A DNA stretch of 64,000 nt from Verrucomicrobiota bacterium (GCA_039818205.1 JBCBUK010000001.1:352001-416000); one strand, 5' to 3'. Positions 17,072-25,971 are shown, counted from the stretch's first letter. Made by a program: numbers and translations. Notes: a model not told the origin generated them from the sequence alone.

Positions 17072-18661
17072 GTGCCCGAAATTTTTGTAACTGGTCATCA
17101 AAACCCCGATACGGATTCTATTGTATCTGCGCATGTGTTTGCGTGGATGCTCGAGCAAAGCGAACCCAACACAACCGCGACTCCACTTCGCCTCGGCGAC
17201 CCCAATCCCCAAAGCGCCTGGCTTTTTGAAACGGCCGGAGAATGCCTGCCGGCCTTGCGTACCGATTGCCGCCCGACACTTGCTGAGGCCTGCGCCAAAG
17301 CACCAACTGTCAGTCCAGATTCACCGTTATCTCACGCACTCCGTGTCCTAAGAGAGAACCGATCGTCCGTTGTCGTAGTCCAAGAAGAAGACGGCAAGAT
17401 TGTTGGAATTATCAGCGATCGCATGCCGCGGGTAAACTATCTACTCAGCGCCAATATCGAAGATATGTTGGGGACCTTGTTGCGCTGGCAAAATGTCGTT
17501 GAAAGTCTACCACTCAAGGCGGTCAATCGAGTTCCTGTCGAACGCGAGCCCTCCGGCATGCGATTTGTCAGCGGCATAAAGCCCAGCCCGAATGACGTGC
17601 TCGTTACCGGATCCGAGCCAGCCGACCCAACAGGCATTCTCCAATCAAACCCAGCCGCCATCATCGTAGTCGGGCCGGATCGCTGCCCATCTCTCGAAGA
17701 CCAAGATAAGATTCCGGTGTACAGTTACCAAGGCAGTGCGTTTGCTTTTTGCACCAGCCTCGGTGGATGTATTCCTTGCCGCAATGCGATGGAAACGGAA
17801 TACACAACCATCGATTCGGAAGAAATCCTGTCCGAGACTCGCCATAAGATCGCTCAGGCCGAGCATGGTCTCCTGGTCGTTCATTCATCCGGGCAGCTTG
17901 TTGGATTGGTGACCTCACAGCAACTGGCCGAAGCCCAGCGTCCATGCGTGGCTCTAGTCGACCATTTTGAAAAGGCGCAAAGTATCAAAGGCCTCCAAGA
18001 GGCCTCAATCGCGGCAATCATCGACCACCACCGGATCGGAGATATTGAAACCAATGAGCCAGTCGACATCGATTGCCGCATCTGGGGTTCAACCGCTAGT
18101 ATATTATTCGCACGCTGCCGCGAAAGCGGACTGGAGGTATCACCAAGCAAAGCACGCCTCCTACTTGGAGCACTGATTGCAGATACCCTGCTACTACGCT
18201 CTCCAACCACCCGAGAACAGGATCGACGCATTGCCCAGGAACTCGCGTCACTTGCCGACGTCGACCTCAACAAATTTGGCATGGAGGTACTCCGTCGAAA
18301 TGATCAACTGTTGAGCGCACGGGCTGATGACCTCGTCAGTTTGGACTGCAAGACCTTCACCCACGGTGATCACCGCTTCATCGCAGCCCAGATTGAGACT
18401 GTCGATATCGCCGCACTATCCAATGAACGGGCCACAGAGCTCGATCAAGCCATTGCAAATCAGTTAAACGGTAAAGACTTCGCTGCATTGATGATTACCG
18501 ACGTCATCAAGCAGTCGAGTAGACTCTCAATCCTAAGCCATAGCGATCACTGGTTGCGAATTCTGACACCTGACACCAACGAGCCAGCCTGGATGGTCGC
18601 AGACTTTGTCTCTCGTAAAAAACAACTCATCCCCTACCTCTTAGATCGCCTCAACTCATGA
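17072..18661 (+). CDS. ppaC: Family II Mn-dependent inorganic pyrophosphatase with a CBS/DRTGG-like insert
   Basis: GHQNPDTDS, VDH, IIDHH, ADTLL and SRKKQ motifs. An insert of about 230 aa in the DHH domain carries CBS-like segments (GKIVGIIS, GQLVGLVT). Confidence 0.88.
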   Translation: MPEIFVTGHQNPDTDSIVSAHVFAWMLEQSEPNTTATPLRLGDPNPQSAWLFETAGECLPALRTDCRPTLAEACAKAPTVSPDSPLSHALRVLRENRSSVVVVQEEDGKIVGIISDRMPRVNYLLSANIEDMLGTLLRWQNVVESLPLKAVNRVPVEREPSGMRFVSGIKPSPNDVLVTGSEPADPTGILQSNPAAIIVVGPDRCPSLEDQDKIPVYSYQGSAFAFCTSLGGCIPCRNAMETEYTTIDSEEILSETRHKIAQAEHGLLVVHSSGQLVGLVTSQQLAEAQRPCVALVDHFEKAQSIKGLQEASIAAIIDHHRIGDIETNEPVDIDCRIWGSTASILFARCRESGLEVSPSKARLLLGALIADTLLLRSPTTREQDRRIAQELASLADVDLNKFGMEVLRRNDQLLSARADDLVSLDCKTFTHGDHRFIAAQIETVDIAALSNERATELDQAIANQLNGKDFAALMITDVIKQSSRLSILSHSDHWLRILTPDTNEPAWMVADFVSRKKQLIPYLLDRLNS

Positions 18662-19905
18662 GCCGGGAAACGATCATCCATGTGCCGCGACGCTTCGCCC
18701 TCGACGAATGGGGCGGCACGGAATCGGTGATCTACAATCTCTGCCGCCAACAGTACAAAGCTGGACTAAAACCAGAGATCCACACCTCACGGGCACTAGC
18801 CCCAACTCCCCGCGAAACCTGGCGTGAAATACCAATCGTTCGCCACCGCTACGTCTATCCATTTTTTGGTCTAAGCGATCGCGAGATCCACGCCCTCGAC
18901 AAAAAAGGCGGCAACCTCCTTTCGCTATCGTTGTTAACCAGCCTAGCGGGGAGAAACGACGTACGGGTTTACCATGCCCACGTAACGAAACGTATGGGTG
19001 CAACGGTCCGAACGGCCGCCAGGCTTCGTAGTCGCCCCTTCGTCGTTACGCTACATGGCAACATTTTTGATGTCCCCAAAGACGAAGCCCAATCGATCGT
19101 TGCCGCTCAGCAAGGGCACTTTGAATGGGGTCGCCCATTCGGCATGCTACTCGGTAGCCGCGACCTCTTAGAAAAAGCCGACGCCGTCGTTTGCGTTGGC
19201 TATTCTGAGTATGAAGCCGCGCAAAAACATCTTCCCCAAGAGCGCCTCCATTACCTGCCGAATGGAGTCGAGCCCAATCAATTGACAGATGGTGACCGGG
19301 CAAAATCGCGCGAACAACTGGGACTCGCAGCGAACGACTTTCTGTTCGGCTGCATTAGCCGCCTGGACCCACAGAAGAATCAGAAGCTGCTAATCGAGGC
19401 ATGGATTCGGGTCCGGTCACAGATGCCCAACGCGCGACTCCTCCTTTGCGGGCCCATAACCAATCCCGACTACGCCGAGGAATTGAAGACCATCATCAAC
19501 GCCTCAGAATTCGCGAAAGATGTCCATTGGCTACCGCCGGTTGAAGTCGAAAGCGACCAACACCGGGGTTTGCTTGCGGCCTTGGATTGCTTCGTCCTCG
19601 CTTCCCGACACGAGCCCTTTGGCATCGTTGTGCTTGAGGCCTGGTCCACCAAAACGCCAGTTATCGCCTCAGCCGTCGGTGGCCTGCAACGACTGGTCTC
19701 CCACGAAGAAACTGGATTGCATTTCTCGAGTGGCAAGGTCGACGGACTCGCTGCCCAGATGAAGCGCATCATGACTGAGCCTGACCTCGCAGCGCAACTT
19801 GCCAGTAGCGGACGAGAAGAAGTTATCCAGCGCTACACTTGGAAAACAATCGCAGATCAACAGGAATCAATTTACCAACAGGCAGAGGAACGATACCGAC
19901 CATGA
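18658..19905 (+). CDS. Glycosyltransferase family 4
   Basis: WGGTE, VTLHG, LPNGV, SRLDPQKNQ, EPFGIVVLEAW, GLHF. Confidence 0.92.
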   Translation: MSRETIIHVPRRFALDEWGGTESVIYNLCRQQYKAGLKPEIHTSRALAPTPRETWREIPIVRHRYVYPFFGLSDREIHALDKKGGNLLSLSLLTSLAGRNDVRVYHAHVTKRMGATVRTAARLRSRPFVVTLHGNIFDVPKDEAQSIVAAQQGHFEWGRPFGMLLGSRDLLEKADAVVCVGYSEYEAAQKHLPQERLHYLPNGVEPNQLTDGDRAKSREQLGLAANDFLFGCISRLDPQKNQKLLIEAWIRVRSQMPNARLLLCGPITNPDYAEELKTIINASEFAKDVHWLPPVEVESDQHRGLLAALDCFVLASRHEPFGIVVLEAWSTKTPVIASAVGGLQRLVSHEETGLHFSSGKVDGLAAQMKRIMTEPDLAAQLASSGREEVIQRYTWKTIADQQESIYQQAEERYRP

Positions 19906-20792
19906 ACGACTTACCTGAATCCATCAGCCTGGTCATGCGATCCTACAACGAATCGTGGGCCATCGGTGACACCCTTCAAGGCATCCTCGACCAGGACTAT
20001 CCCGGGAAAATCCAACTGATCGTGATCGATAGCGCTTCGACGGATGGATCCCACGAGATCATCCGAAAATTCGACCCCGACGCATTTGAGATACTCGAGC
20101 CCGGAACTTATGTTCCCGGCAAAGTGCTCAATCGCGGCATGCAGCTAGCCACCAATGATTGGGTAGTCTACTTGAATAGCGATGCCACGCCTGCCAACCC
20201 TCAATGGCTTAGCGAGCTGTTAAGAGTAGCTATCAACACCCCAAACCTGGGCGCCGCATTTAGTCGGCAGATCCCGCGAAACGATTGCCACGCCGTATTC
20301 GCGCATGACTACGATCGTTGCTTTGGCCCAGAGCGAGAAAGCGTCAACTGGCCAAACTTTTTCAGTATGGTTAGCTGCATCACGTCAAAATTTATCTGGC
20401 AGGATTTTCCGTTTCGTGAGGACCTTCAATACGCTGAGGATGATGAATGGTCCCGCCGAATGAAATCTGCTGGCCGAGAAATCGTTCTGGCGGAAAACTC
20501 AATCGCTATCCACTCCCACAACTACACGTTTGCCCAATCCTACAAACGTTCCCGAGGGGACGCGATTGCCGTTGCTAAGGCCGGCCACGCCAACCCCGTT
20601 GGCAACAAGCTCAAGTTTATGCTCATGGGTACTGCCAAGGATGTACTCGCAGACTTAAAATTCTGCCAACGCACACACCGACTCGGTGAATGGCCCCATG
20701 CGGTTGGTGTGCGCTGGCAACAGCGACGCGGGCGAATGGATGGATATGACACGGGCGCTGCTGAGCGCAACGAAACTCAAACCGCCGGCTAA
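19902..20792 (+). CDS. Glycosyltransferase family 2 (GT-A)
   Basis: SLVMRSYNE, VIDSASTDGS, LNSDATP, FSRQIPR, AEDDEW, HSHNY. The ATG at 19902 overlaps the upstream stop (ATGA). Confidence 0.9.
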   Translation: MNDLPESISLVMRSYNESWAIGDTLQGILDQDYPGKIQLIVIDSASTDGSHEIIRKFDPDAFEILEPGTYVPGKVLNRGMQLATNDWVVYLNSDATPANPQWLSELLRVAINTPNLGAAFSRQIPRNDCHAVFAHDYDRCFGPERESVNWPNFFSMVSCITSKFIWQDFPFREDLQYAEDDEWSRRMKSAGREIVLAENSIAIHSHNYTFAQSYKRSRGDAIAVAKAGHANPVGNKLKFMLMGTAKDVLADLKFCQRTHRLGEWPHAVGVRWQQRRGRMDGYDTGAAERNETQTAG

Positions 20793-22021
20793 TGAAAATT
20801 CTGACGATCAGCAACCTCTACCCTCCCCACCACGTGGGCGGTTACGAGGTGCGTTGCCAACAAGTCATGGATCGCTTGCGAGGCTTTGGCCACGACGTCC
20901 ACGTGTTGACGTCCAACCATGCAAAGCCGGGAGTCAGCGAACCCGATCAGGCTGGCATCGAGCGGTCGCTGCGTATTCATGGTTTCTTTGGGCACCCTTG
21001 GTTGCCGACACATCAACTCATCCAACTGGAGCGCGAGAATCACCGGACTCTAGAAGCCGCGATCGCGCGCATTCGACCCGATGTGATTCATGTTTGGAAC
21101 ATGGGCGGAATCTCTAAATCTCTCATTCACCGCCTGGAAAACGGAAATATACCGATTGTCTATGATGTCTCGGACCACTGGATCGCCCGTAGCCTCAAAG
21201 CCGACGTTTGGCTTGATTGGTGGAATCGTCCCGCCCGCGGCGGCTCTGGATTGATTCGGCACCTAGTCGAGCTACTCGCTCAACGCAAAAAGTTTGACCA
21301 AGAGACGCCGACTTACTCCTGGGACCGCATTGCGTGGAAGAACATCTACTTCTGCAGCGCCTTTCTCCGACAGCTCACCGTCGATGCTGGATTTCCTGTT
21401 CAACATGGTAGCGTCATTTATTGCGGAGTCGAAACCGGTAAGTTTGAATCAAAAATTGATTACTCCGAACTGAAGAAACTCCTGTTCGTAGGGCGCCTGA
21501 GCGAGGACAAAGATCCGCTCACGGCAATCCGGGGCCTCGCGGTTGCAAGGCAGAATGGCCTGGAGGTGACTCTCGATCTTTACGGAAAAGGTGAACCCGC
21601 CTACGAACAACAACTCAAAGACGAGAGCCAAAGACTTGGCGTTGACGAACAAGTCCAATTCAAGTCCACGACACCAGAAAAAATGCGTCGCGTATACTCG
21701 GAATACGATGCGCTGCTATTCACCAGCAACTGGGGCGAGCCATTCGCATTAACCCCGCTAGAAGCAATGGCCTCAGGCCTTCCCGTTGTTTTGGTCCCCG
21801 ATGGCGGAGATGTCGAACTCGGTCGAGAGGGCGGCAATTGCGTCCTTGCCGAAGCAGCGAATCCAGAGAGTATCGCCGCCGCTCTAAAACGGTTGAGCGA
21901 CGATCCGGCATTACGACAGACGATTGCGCAAACCGCAAAAGCTGAAACCATGGAACGCTTCGACTTGGAACCGATCAGTCGCCAGATCGAAGCGTTTCTC
22001 GAAAATGCCATCGAAGGCTAA
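20792..22021 (+). CDS. Glycosyltransferase family 4
   Basis: MKILTISNLYPPHHVGGYE, FVGRLSEDKD, EPFALTPLEAMASGLPVV. Confidence 0.92.
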   Translation: MKILTISNLYPPHHVGGYEVRCQQVMDRLRGFGHDVHVLTSNHAKPGVSEPDQAGIERSLRIHGFFGHPWLPTHQLIQLERENHRTLEAAIARIRPDVIHVWNMGGISKSLIHRLENGNIPIVYDVSDHWIARSLKADVWLDWWNRPARGGSGLIRHLVELLAQRKKFDQETPTYSWDRIAWKNIYFCSAFLRQLTVDAGFPVQHGSVIYCGVETGKFESKIDYSELKKLLFVGRLSEDKDPLTAIRGLAVARQNGLEVTLDLYGKGEPAYEQQLKDESQRLGVDEQVQFKSTTPEKMRRVYSEYDALLFTSNWGEPFALTPLEAMASGLPVVLVPDGGDVELGREGGNCVLAEAANPESIAAALKRLSDDPALRQTIAQTAKAETMERFDLEPISRQIEAFLENAIEG

Positions 22022-23238
22022 CGATCGTCGTCCGCGTCTGGCTTTGAGATAAATGCCTTCAAGCGTGCGATGTAATTCTTCAAACCGTGGTCGTCGATCG
22101 TCTTCTTGAATGTGCCACCGAGCATCCACCAAATCAAACGAAACAAGGGCGGGTTCTTAATCATAATAAAGCCCTCTTTCGAGGTCGCGCTCCGCTTGAT
22201 ATGACGCATGTCTCCATGATGAGCGAAATTTGAAGAAATCTTCACCATATCACGCGTCAGATCTATTTTAAATATACTGTTCGCTTTCGATAGCAGCCAG
22301 GCGCAAGCGGTAACAAATGCATCCGGCACCTTCCGCGTCATTTCGTTCCAACCAAAGAGCAAATTAAGCGGCTTTACGCACAAGCGAACAATTGATGGAA
22401 CTAACACTGGTGGAACCCGCGGAACAAGATCATTCTCGTTCACAACCCGATAGATCGGTGATTTGATACTGTACTCGAGCTCCTCACTAGCGACCCGTGG
22501 CGATCCAAATGTATAGCAGGCGCGAATAGAGTTCTTGGAGATCTTGCTACCAAAACGTTCGCTCTCCAAACCCGGCTTCTCGGGATCGTACAGAACCTCG
22601 GCACGTCCAATTTGGTGGGTTGCAATCAAAGCAAGCCCACCTCCGAGGCTATGCCCCGCGATGTAAATTTTATGCGGATCATCGCCCGCCACCAAATCCT
22701 CAATTCGCGCTTCAATCTCTCTCTGAATCGACTTAAAGCTCGAAAAGAAACCCTGATGGACCTGAAAGGTCACGTTCTCGTCCATCAAACGCAGATCGCC
22801 CAAACTCAAGTTTGTCTGCCAATCGCGGATCTTGTTGAACTCAGTGCCACGAAATACGATCGCAACCACCTTTCCCAGCGCATTGTTCTCGGTGCTCCGA
22901 GCGACATAGGCCTGGGTGTCCGTCTTGCGAATATGGATCGGATCGCCAATGAGTTCGAAATCATGCGCTTCAAGCCCACGCTTCAAATCGGGTAAACGGC
23001 CTCGAGCATAAAAGCTATCGACATCTAGGAGCCCTTCAGAGAGCAGCTCTTGTGCGGATTCTGCATCGTTAGCAGTACGGATTTTTTCCGCCATTGCAGC
23101 AATGCTACTTTCATCGTATTCCTCGCAACGAATATAGGCCAGGTCCGACAACTCGGCCATAATTAAAGCAATTCGCTCGGAAAACCCCTCCCGCTGGTTT
23201 GGGAGAGCACGCATGCGCTGACTATCGAATTTTCGCAT
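22018..23238 (-). CDS. Lipase class 3 family (alpha/beta hydrolase)
   Basis: VFRGT, VHQGF, GHSLGG nucleophile elbow, YTFGSPRV, NENDLVPRVP, late His in DDHG. Confidence 0.88.
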   Translation of the reverse strand: MRKFDSQRMRALPNQREGFSERIALIMAELSDLAYIRCEEYDESSIAAMAEKIRTANDAESAQELLSEGLLDVDSFYARGRLPDLKRGLEAHDFELIGDPIHIRKTDTQAYVARSTENNALGKVVAIVFRGTEFNKIRDWQTNLSLGDLRLMDENVTFQVHQGFFSSFKSIQREIEARIEDLVAGDDPHKIYIAGHSLGGGLALIATHQIGRAEVLYDPEKPGLESERFGSKISKNSIRACYTFGSPRVASEELEYSIKSPIYRVVNENDLVPRVPPVLVPSIVRLCVKPLNLLFGWNEMTRKVPDAFVTACAWLLSKANSIFKIDLTRDMVKISSNFAHHGDMRHIKRSATSKEGFIMIKNPPLFRLIWWMLGGTFKKTIDDHGLKNYIARLKAFISKPDADDDR

Positions 23239-23301
23239 TGGATCCGTTTAAGTTGATTGGGCGACTGGAGTTTCAATTCTCCAAGTGTCCTTCATATAGG
23301 A

Positions 23302-24192
23302 TTAGTTGACGGGCCAATGGCGAGTAACTTTTTCGGCCTCTAACCTTGTCCATTTCTGCCCAGCAACTGACTCGGCGTGAGGAAAAAAATTCAAGCCGGT
23401 TTTCGCTTCAATATCATCAACCGAAGCACCGAATGCTTCACGGTCGGTGAAGTTGGCATTGCGCGCAACATCTTGCGGGAAGATATAGGAAATCATCTCC
23501 ACCGAAGGAATTCGACCCCCCTCAAAGTCCAACGTGTATTCACGATCGGTGTCCACAATGATCAAATAAAAGGCATCGGGAATCTGAATTTGGCGCTCGC
23601 TGCCCTTCTCTACAAACTCGATGTTTTCGTCAAAGATGGGCCCCACGATGACAAAGACATGCTCCTTCTCATCCGCCAAATCGCGGATCCATCCCTCAAG
23701 CCGCATCCAGGCGCCACGATTCAGGTTTCCGTCCTGCGGACAGATATTGCTCATCAAGAACGTCTCCATTTGAGCGAGCGAACCATACTGATTGCCGATG
23801 ACTGCGTTGGGAACCATGTGCCCACGATCCATGCCGCCCCCAAAAGTCTGACCATGAACCTTAGACTCGGTCCGCAAATCGCGCGGGAAAAACTCAGACC
23901 GATTCGACCGTGTGATCTCCCCGGCTGACGTGCCGCTGGCCTTATAGATCGCCCAAAGAGGATTGCGACGCTCGTCGCTGTAACCAACCGCAAAGCCGTG
24001 ATTGATCAGGGCGATTATCTCTTCATCGTTCGTGTTCTCGGGTATCTGACCCAAAGCAAAAATTTGCAACAAGTAGAGGTCGTCCTTAGAATCCGTAGCT
24101 AGCTTGGTGTTTCCCCAAAACTGGGAAGGATCAGCTTTAAGACTGAGCGCTCCCAGGCAAATCGTAAATAGAGCAAATCGTAGAGCAGTCAT
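23302..24192 (-). CDS. Secreted DNA/RNA non-specific endonuclease (NucA/EndoG family)
   Basis: Signal peptide; RRNPLW, DRGHMVP, TFLMSNICPQ, LNRGAWMRLE, IEAKTGLNFF. Confidence 0.93.
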   Translation of the reverse strand: MTALRFALFTICLGALSLKADPSQFWGNTKLATDSKDDLYLLQIFALGQIPENTNDEEIIALINHGFAVGYSDERRNPLWAIYKASGTSAGEITRSNRSEFFPRDLRTESKVHGQTFGGGMDRGHMVPNAVIGNQYGSLAQMETFLMSNICPQDGNLNRGAWMRLEGWIRDLADEKEHVFVIVGPIFDENIEFVEKGSERQIQIPDAFYLIIVDTDREYTLDFEGGRIPSVEMISYIFPQDVARNANFTDREAFGASVDDIEAKTGLNFFPHAESVAGQKWTRLEAEKVTRHWPVN

Positions 24193-24369
24193 GATTTGAA
24201 CAAAGAATGGTTGATTAATGAACAGGCCATATCGAAAACATTTTCTGATAAGGCCACACAGGGATACTTAATTTGGGCCGCTTGGGTCAATTGCTTACTG
24301 ATGCGTTACAGAAATGTTTCTGTCGCCCGCATACCGGGCTAACCCGCACAAAATGCTCATACTCAAGGA

Positions 24370-24619
24370 TTAATTCCGAAAGTCACCGCCCACGGACGAC
24401 CGATGAAGCCGCTCGCCCAGCCAGCGATTGCTGATGGCATAATTTGACCTCAATCCTTTCGCAATCCAGTGCTTCCAGTCCATTCTCTTCGGTTCCAACA
24501 GGCTACAGTCAAAAGCTCCCCCCGCCCTTGTGCTTGGTGAACAGATCCTGCCGGTAGTTCCCGCGATTGATCACCTGGCAGCGGGCACCTGGATACTCGA
24601 TGCGGGGTGCGCGTGGCAT
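24370..24619 (-). pseudogene. Internally deleted, frameshifted RAYT/IS200-like (Y1) transposase remnant
   Basis: ATG at 24619 reads MPRAPRIEYPGARCQVINRGNYRQDLF (RAYT-like N-terminus) and stops after a G6 run. The shifted frame continues AFDCSLLE-PKRMDWKHWIAKGLRSNYAISNRWLGERLH, which resembles the C-terminal helical part. The HUH core is absent. Confidence 0.7.
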
Positions 24620-25082
24620 GCAGCTGACCCCTTGGCCCTCTTCTGCAAAGGTTCCAATTCGAATCTCGATATAAAAAAATCAAAATGAATGTGGCTACAA
24701 ATGAAAAGCCCAGGTAGATCAGAACATGAAAACCCTTCAAACCGAGCCTCAAATAAACACCCTCCAATTCCTTTGATAACGCGAGCTTCACAGAACCAAT
24801 AGACGATAAAGCATAAGCAATCAAAAACAAAAAAGTCACTGACACAATATAACTGAAAAGGTTTCTACCAAACCAATTGAAGTAGTGCCACGGCACATCA
24901 TACACGCCCACAACGTCCAAACCTAGTAGCACTGAAGCAAGGTTTAAGAAGAAGAAAAATTCTAATGCTGTACAAGCCAAAATATCGGAATCGACCTTGT
25001 TTCGACGATCAAAATGATGATAGCTGCAAGCTAAAATAAAAAACGGGAAATTATATACTATCAATACAAGTTTTCTCAACAT
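24450..25082 (-). CDS. Hypothetical multi-pass membrane protein (paralog A), C-terminus reading through into the transposase remnant
   Basis: AT-rich. Aligns without gaps to 25142-25570 over 142 aa (about 45% identity by manual count; shared VPWHYFxWFGRNL). ATG at 25082 matches the paralog's start. Confidence 0.7.
   Translation of the reverse strand: MLRKLVLIVYNFPFFILACSYHHFDRRNKVDSDILACTALEFFFFLNLASVLLGLDVVGVYDVPWHYFNWFGRNLFSYIVSVTFLFLIAYALSSIGSVKLALSKELEGVYLRLGLKGFHVLIYLGFSFVATFILIFLYRDSNWNLCRRGPRGQLHATRTPHRVSRCPLPGDQSRELPAGSVHQAQGRGELLTVACWNRREWTGSTGLRKD
24597..24621 (+). repeat. 25-bp direct repeat, copy 1 (TCGATGCGGGGTGCGCGTGGCATGC)
   Basis: Identical to 25719-25743; encodes MPRAPRI on the minus strand. 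Confidence 0.9.
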
Positions 25083-25093
25083 AACCACAGGAA

Positions 25094-25118
25094 GGGTCAA
25101 AAAGGGGTCAGGCTTTTC
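25094..25118 (+). repeat. GGGTCA-A4-GGGGTCAGGCTTTTC motif (REP-like)
   Basis: Matches the end of the tandem array at 25627-25683; lies between the two paralogous genes. Confidence 0.85.
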
Positions 25119-25141
25119 CTATTCCGAGAAGTTCAAACTGC

Positions 25142-25570
25142 CTACCGATACTCTCGATGCAAAAAAACAAAAAAGAAGGCAACCAATATTGAGGATATAG
25201 CATAAACGACAGCGTGTAGAGGCCTGAAACCAAGAATCTTGTAAACTCCCTCAGTTTCTTTCTTCAAGACGACTTCTACAGCTCCCAAAGACGACATAGC
25301 GTAAGCTATAGAAACACAAACAACGCCTGCACCAATATAAGTCTCAAGATTCCTGCCGAACCACTTGAAATAGTGCCATGGAACTGTCAAGACATCGACC
25401 AATTCTAGGCACAACAGCAACGAAACCAAATTGATAAAAAAGAAAAACAACCATGTTACACATGCATGAACCTCTGAGGCTGGTTCGCTTCGCCGAGCAC
25501 TGTGATGATAAAAGCAACATAGCAGAAATAACGGGAAGCAAAAAATTTTGGATAAAATTCGATTTAACAT
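25142..25570 (-). CDS. Hypothetical multi-pass membrane protein (paralog B)
   Basis: 142 aa, AT-rich, several hydrophobic segments, clear paralogy to the neighbouring gene. Confidence 0.75.
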   Translation of the reverse strand: MLNRILSKIFCFPLFLLCCFYHHSARRSEPASEVHACVTWLFFFFINLVSLLLCLELVDVLTVPWHYFKWFGRNLETYIGAGVVCVSIAYAMSSLGAVEVVLKKETEGVYKILGFRPLHAVVYAISSILVAFFFVFLHREYR

Positions 25571-25626
25571 ATAGACAACGTGTACGATACCACACTAAAA
25601 GCCAGAATCCAAACCTCCATTAAGCG

Positions 25627-25683
25627 GGGGTCAAAAAGGGGTCAGGGGTCAAAAAAGGGGTCAAAAAAGGGGTCAGGCTTTTC
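25627..25683 (+). repeat. Tandem array of five GGGGTCA units with A-tract spacers, ending in GGCTTTTC
   Basis: Copies start at 25627, 25638, 25645, 25657 and 25669. Confidence 0.92.
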
Positions 25684-25741
25684 GGATTGATATTTTTGTT
25701 CTGACTTCCTCTCGAAATTCGATGCGGGGTGCGCGTGGCAT
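25673..25741 (-). pseudogene. Second, minimal RAYT-like stub (22 aa)
   Basis: Reads MPRAPRIEFREEVRTKISIRKA*. It shares its 5' 25 bp with the other remnant, and its TGA stop is the TGA of TGACCCC. Confidence 0.55.
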
Positions 25742-25743
25742 GC
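25719..25743 (+). repeat. 25-bp direct repeat, copy 2
   Basis: Identical to 24597-24621. Confidence 0.9.
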
Positions 25744-25884
25744 TGACAATGGGCCAGCGAGAAGCAAAAGTGTTAATCCGCGAAGGCTGCCCCCGTCCCT
25801 GCCCTGCCGCAAAGCTTGACGTCCTCCTCCGTTAGCTTCGATGTCGTTCGCGCCGATTTGTTGTTCGCAAATTACTTGCGCCTG

Positions 25885-25921
25885 AAACAAAAGAAAAAGC
25901 GCCCCGGAATTCGGGACGCTT
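25885..25921 (-). terminator. Rho-independent terminator of the giant gene
   Basis: Minus strand AAGCGTCCCG-AATTC-CGGGGCGCTT stem-loop (one G-U pair) followed by TTTCTTTTGTTT, about 50 nt after the stop codon. Confidence 0.85.
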
Positions 25922-25971
25922 CGAAAAGAATATGGATTGGTGACTGAGACTGACCAGTCAGGTCCGAGGCA

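Noticed and set aside
25094..25683. GGGGTCA repeats as a CRISPR array
   Set aside because: The units are 7 bp with A-tract or gene-sized spacers, and no cas genes are present.
24597..25743. 25-bp direct repeats as a target-site duplication or prophage att sites
   Set aside because: Both copies are the 5' coding start of transposase stubs, and no integrase or tRNA is nearby.
25940..25965. Short inverted repeat CTGAC-CA-GTCAG after the giant gene's stop
   Set aside because: Too short to distinguish from chance, and a better terminator lies just downstream.
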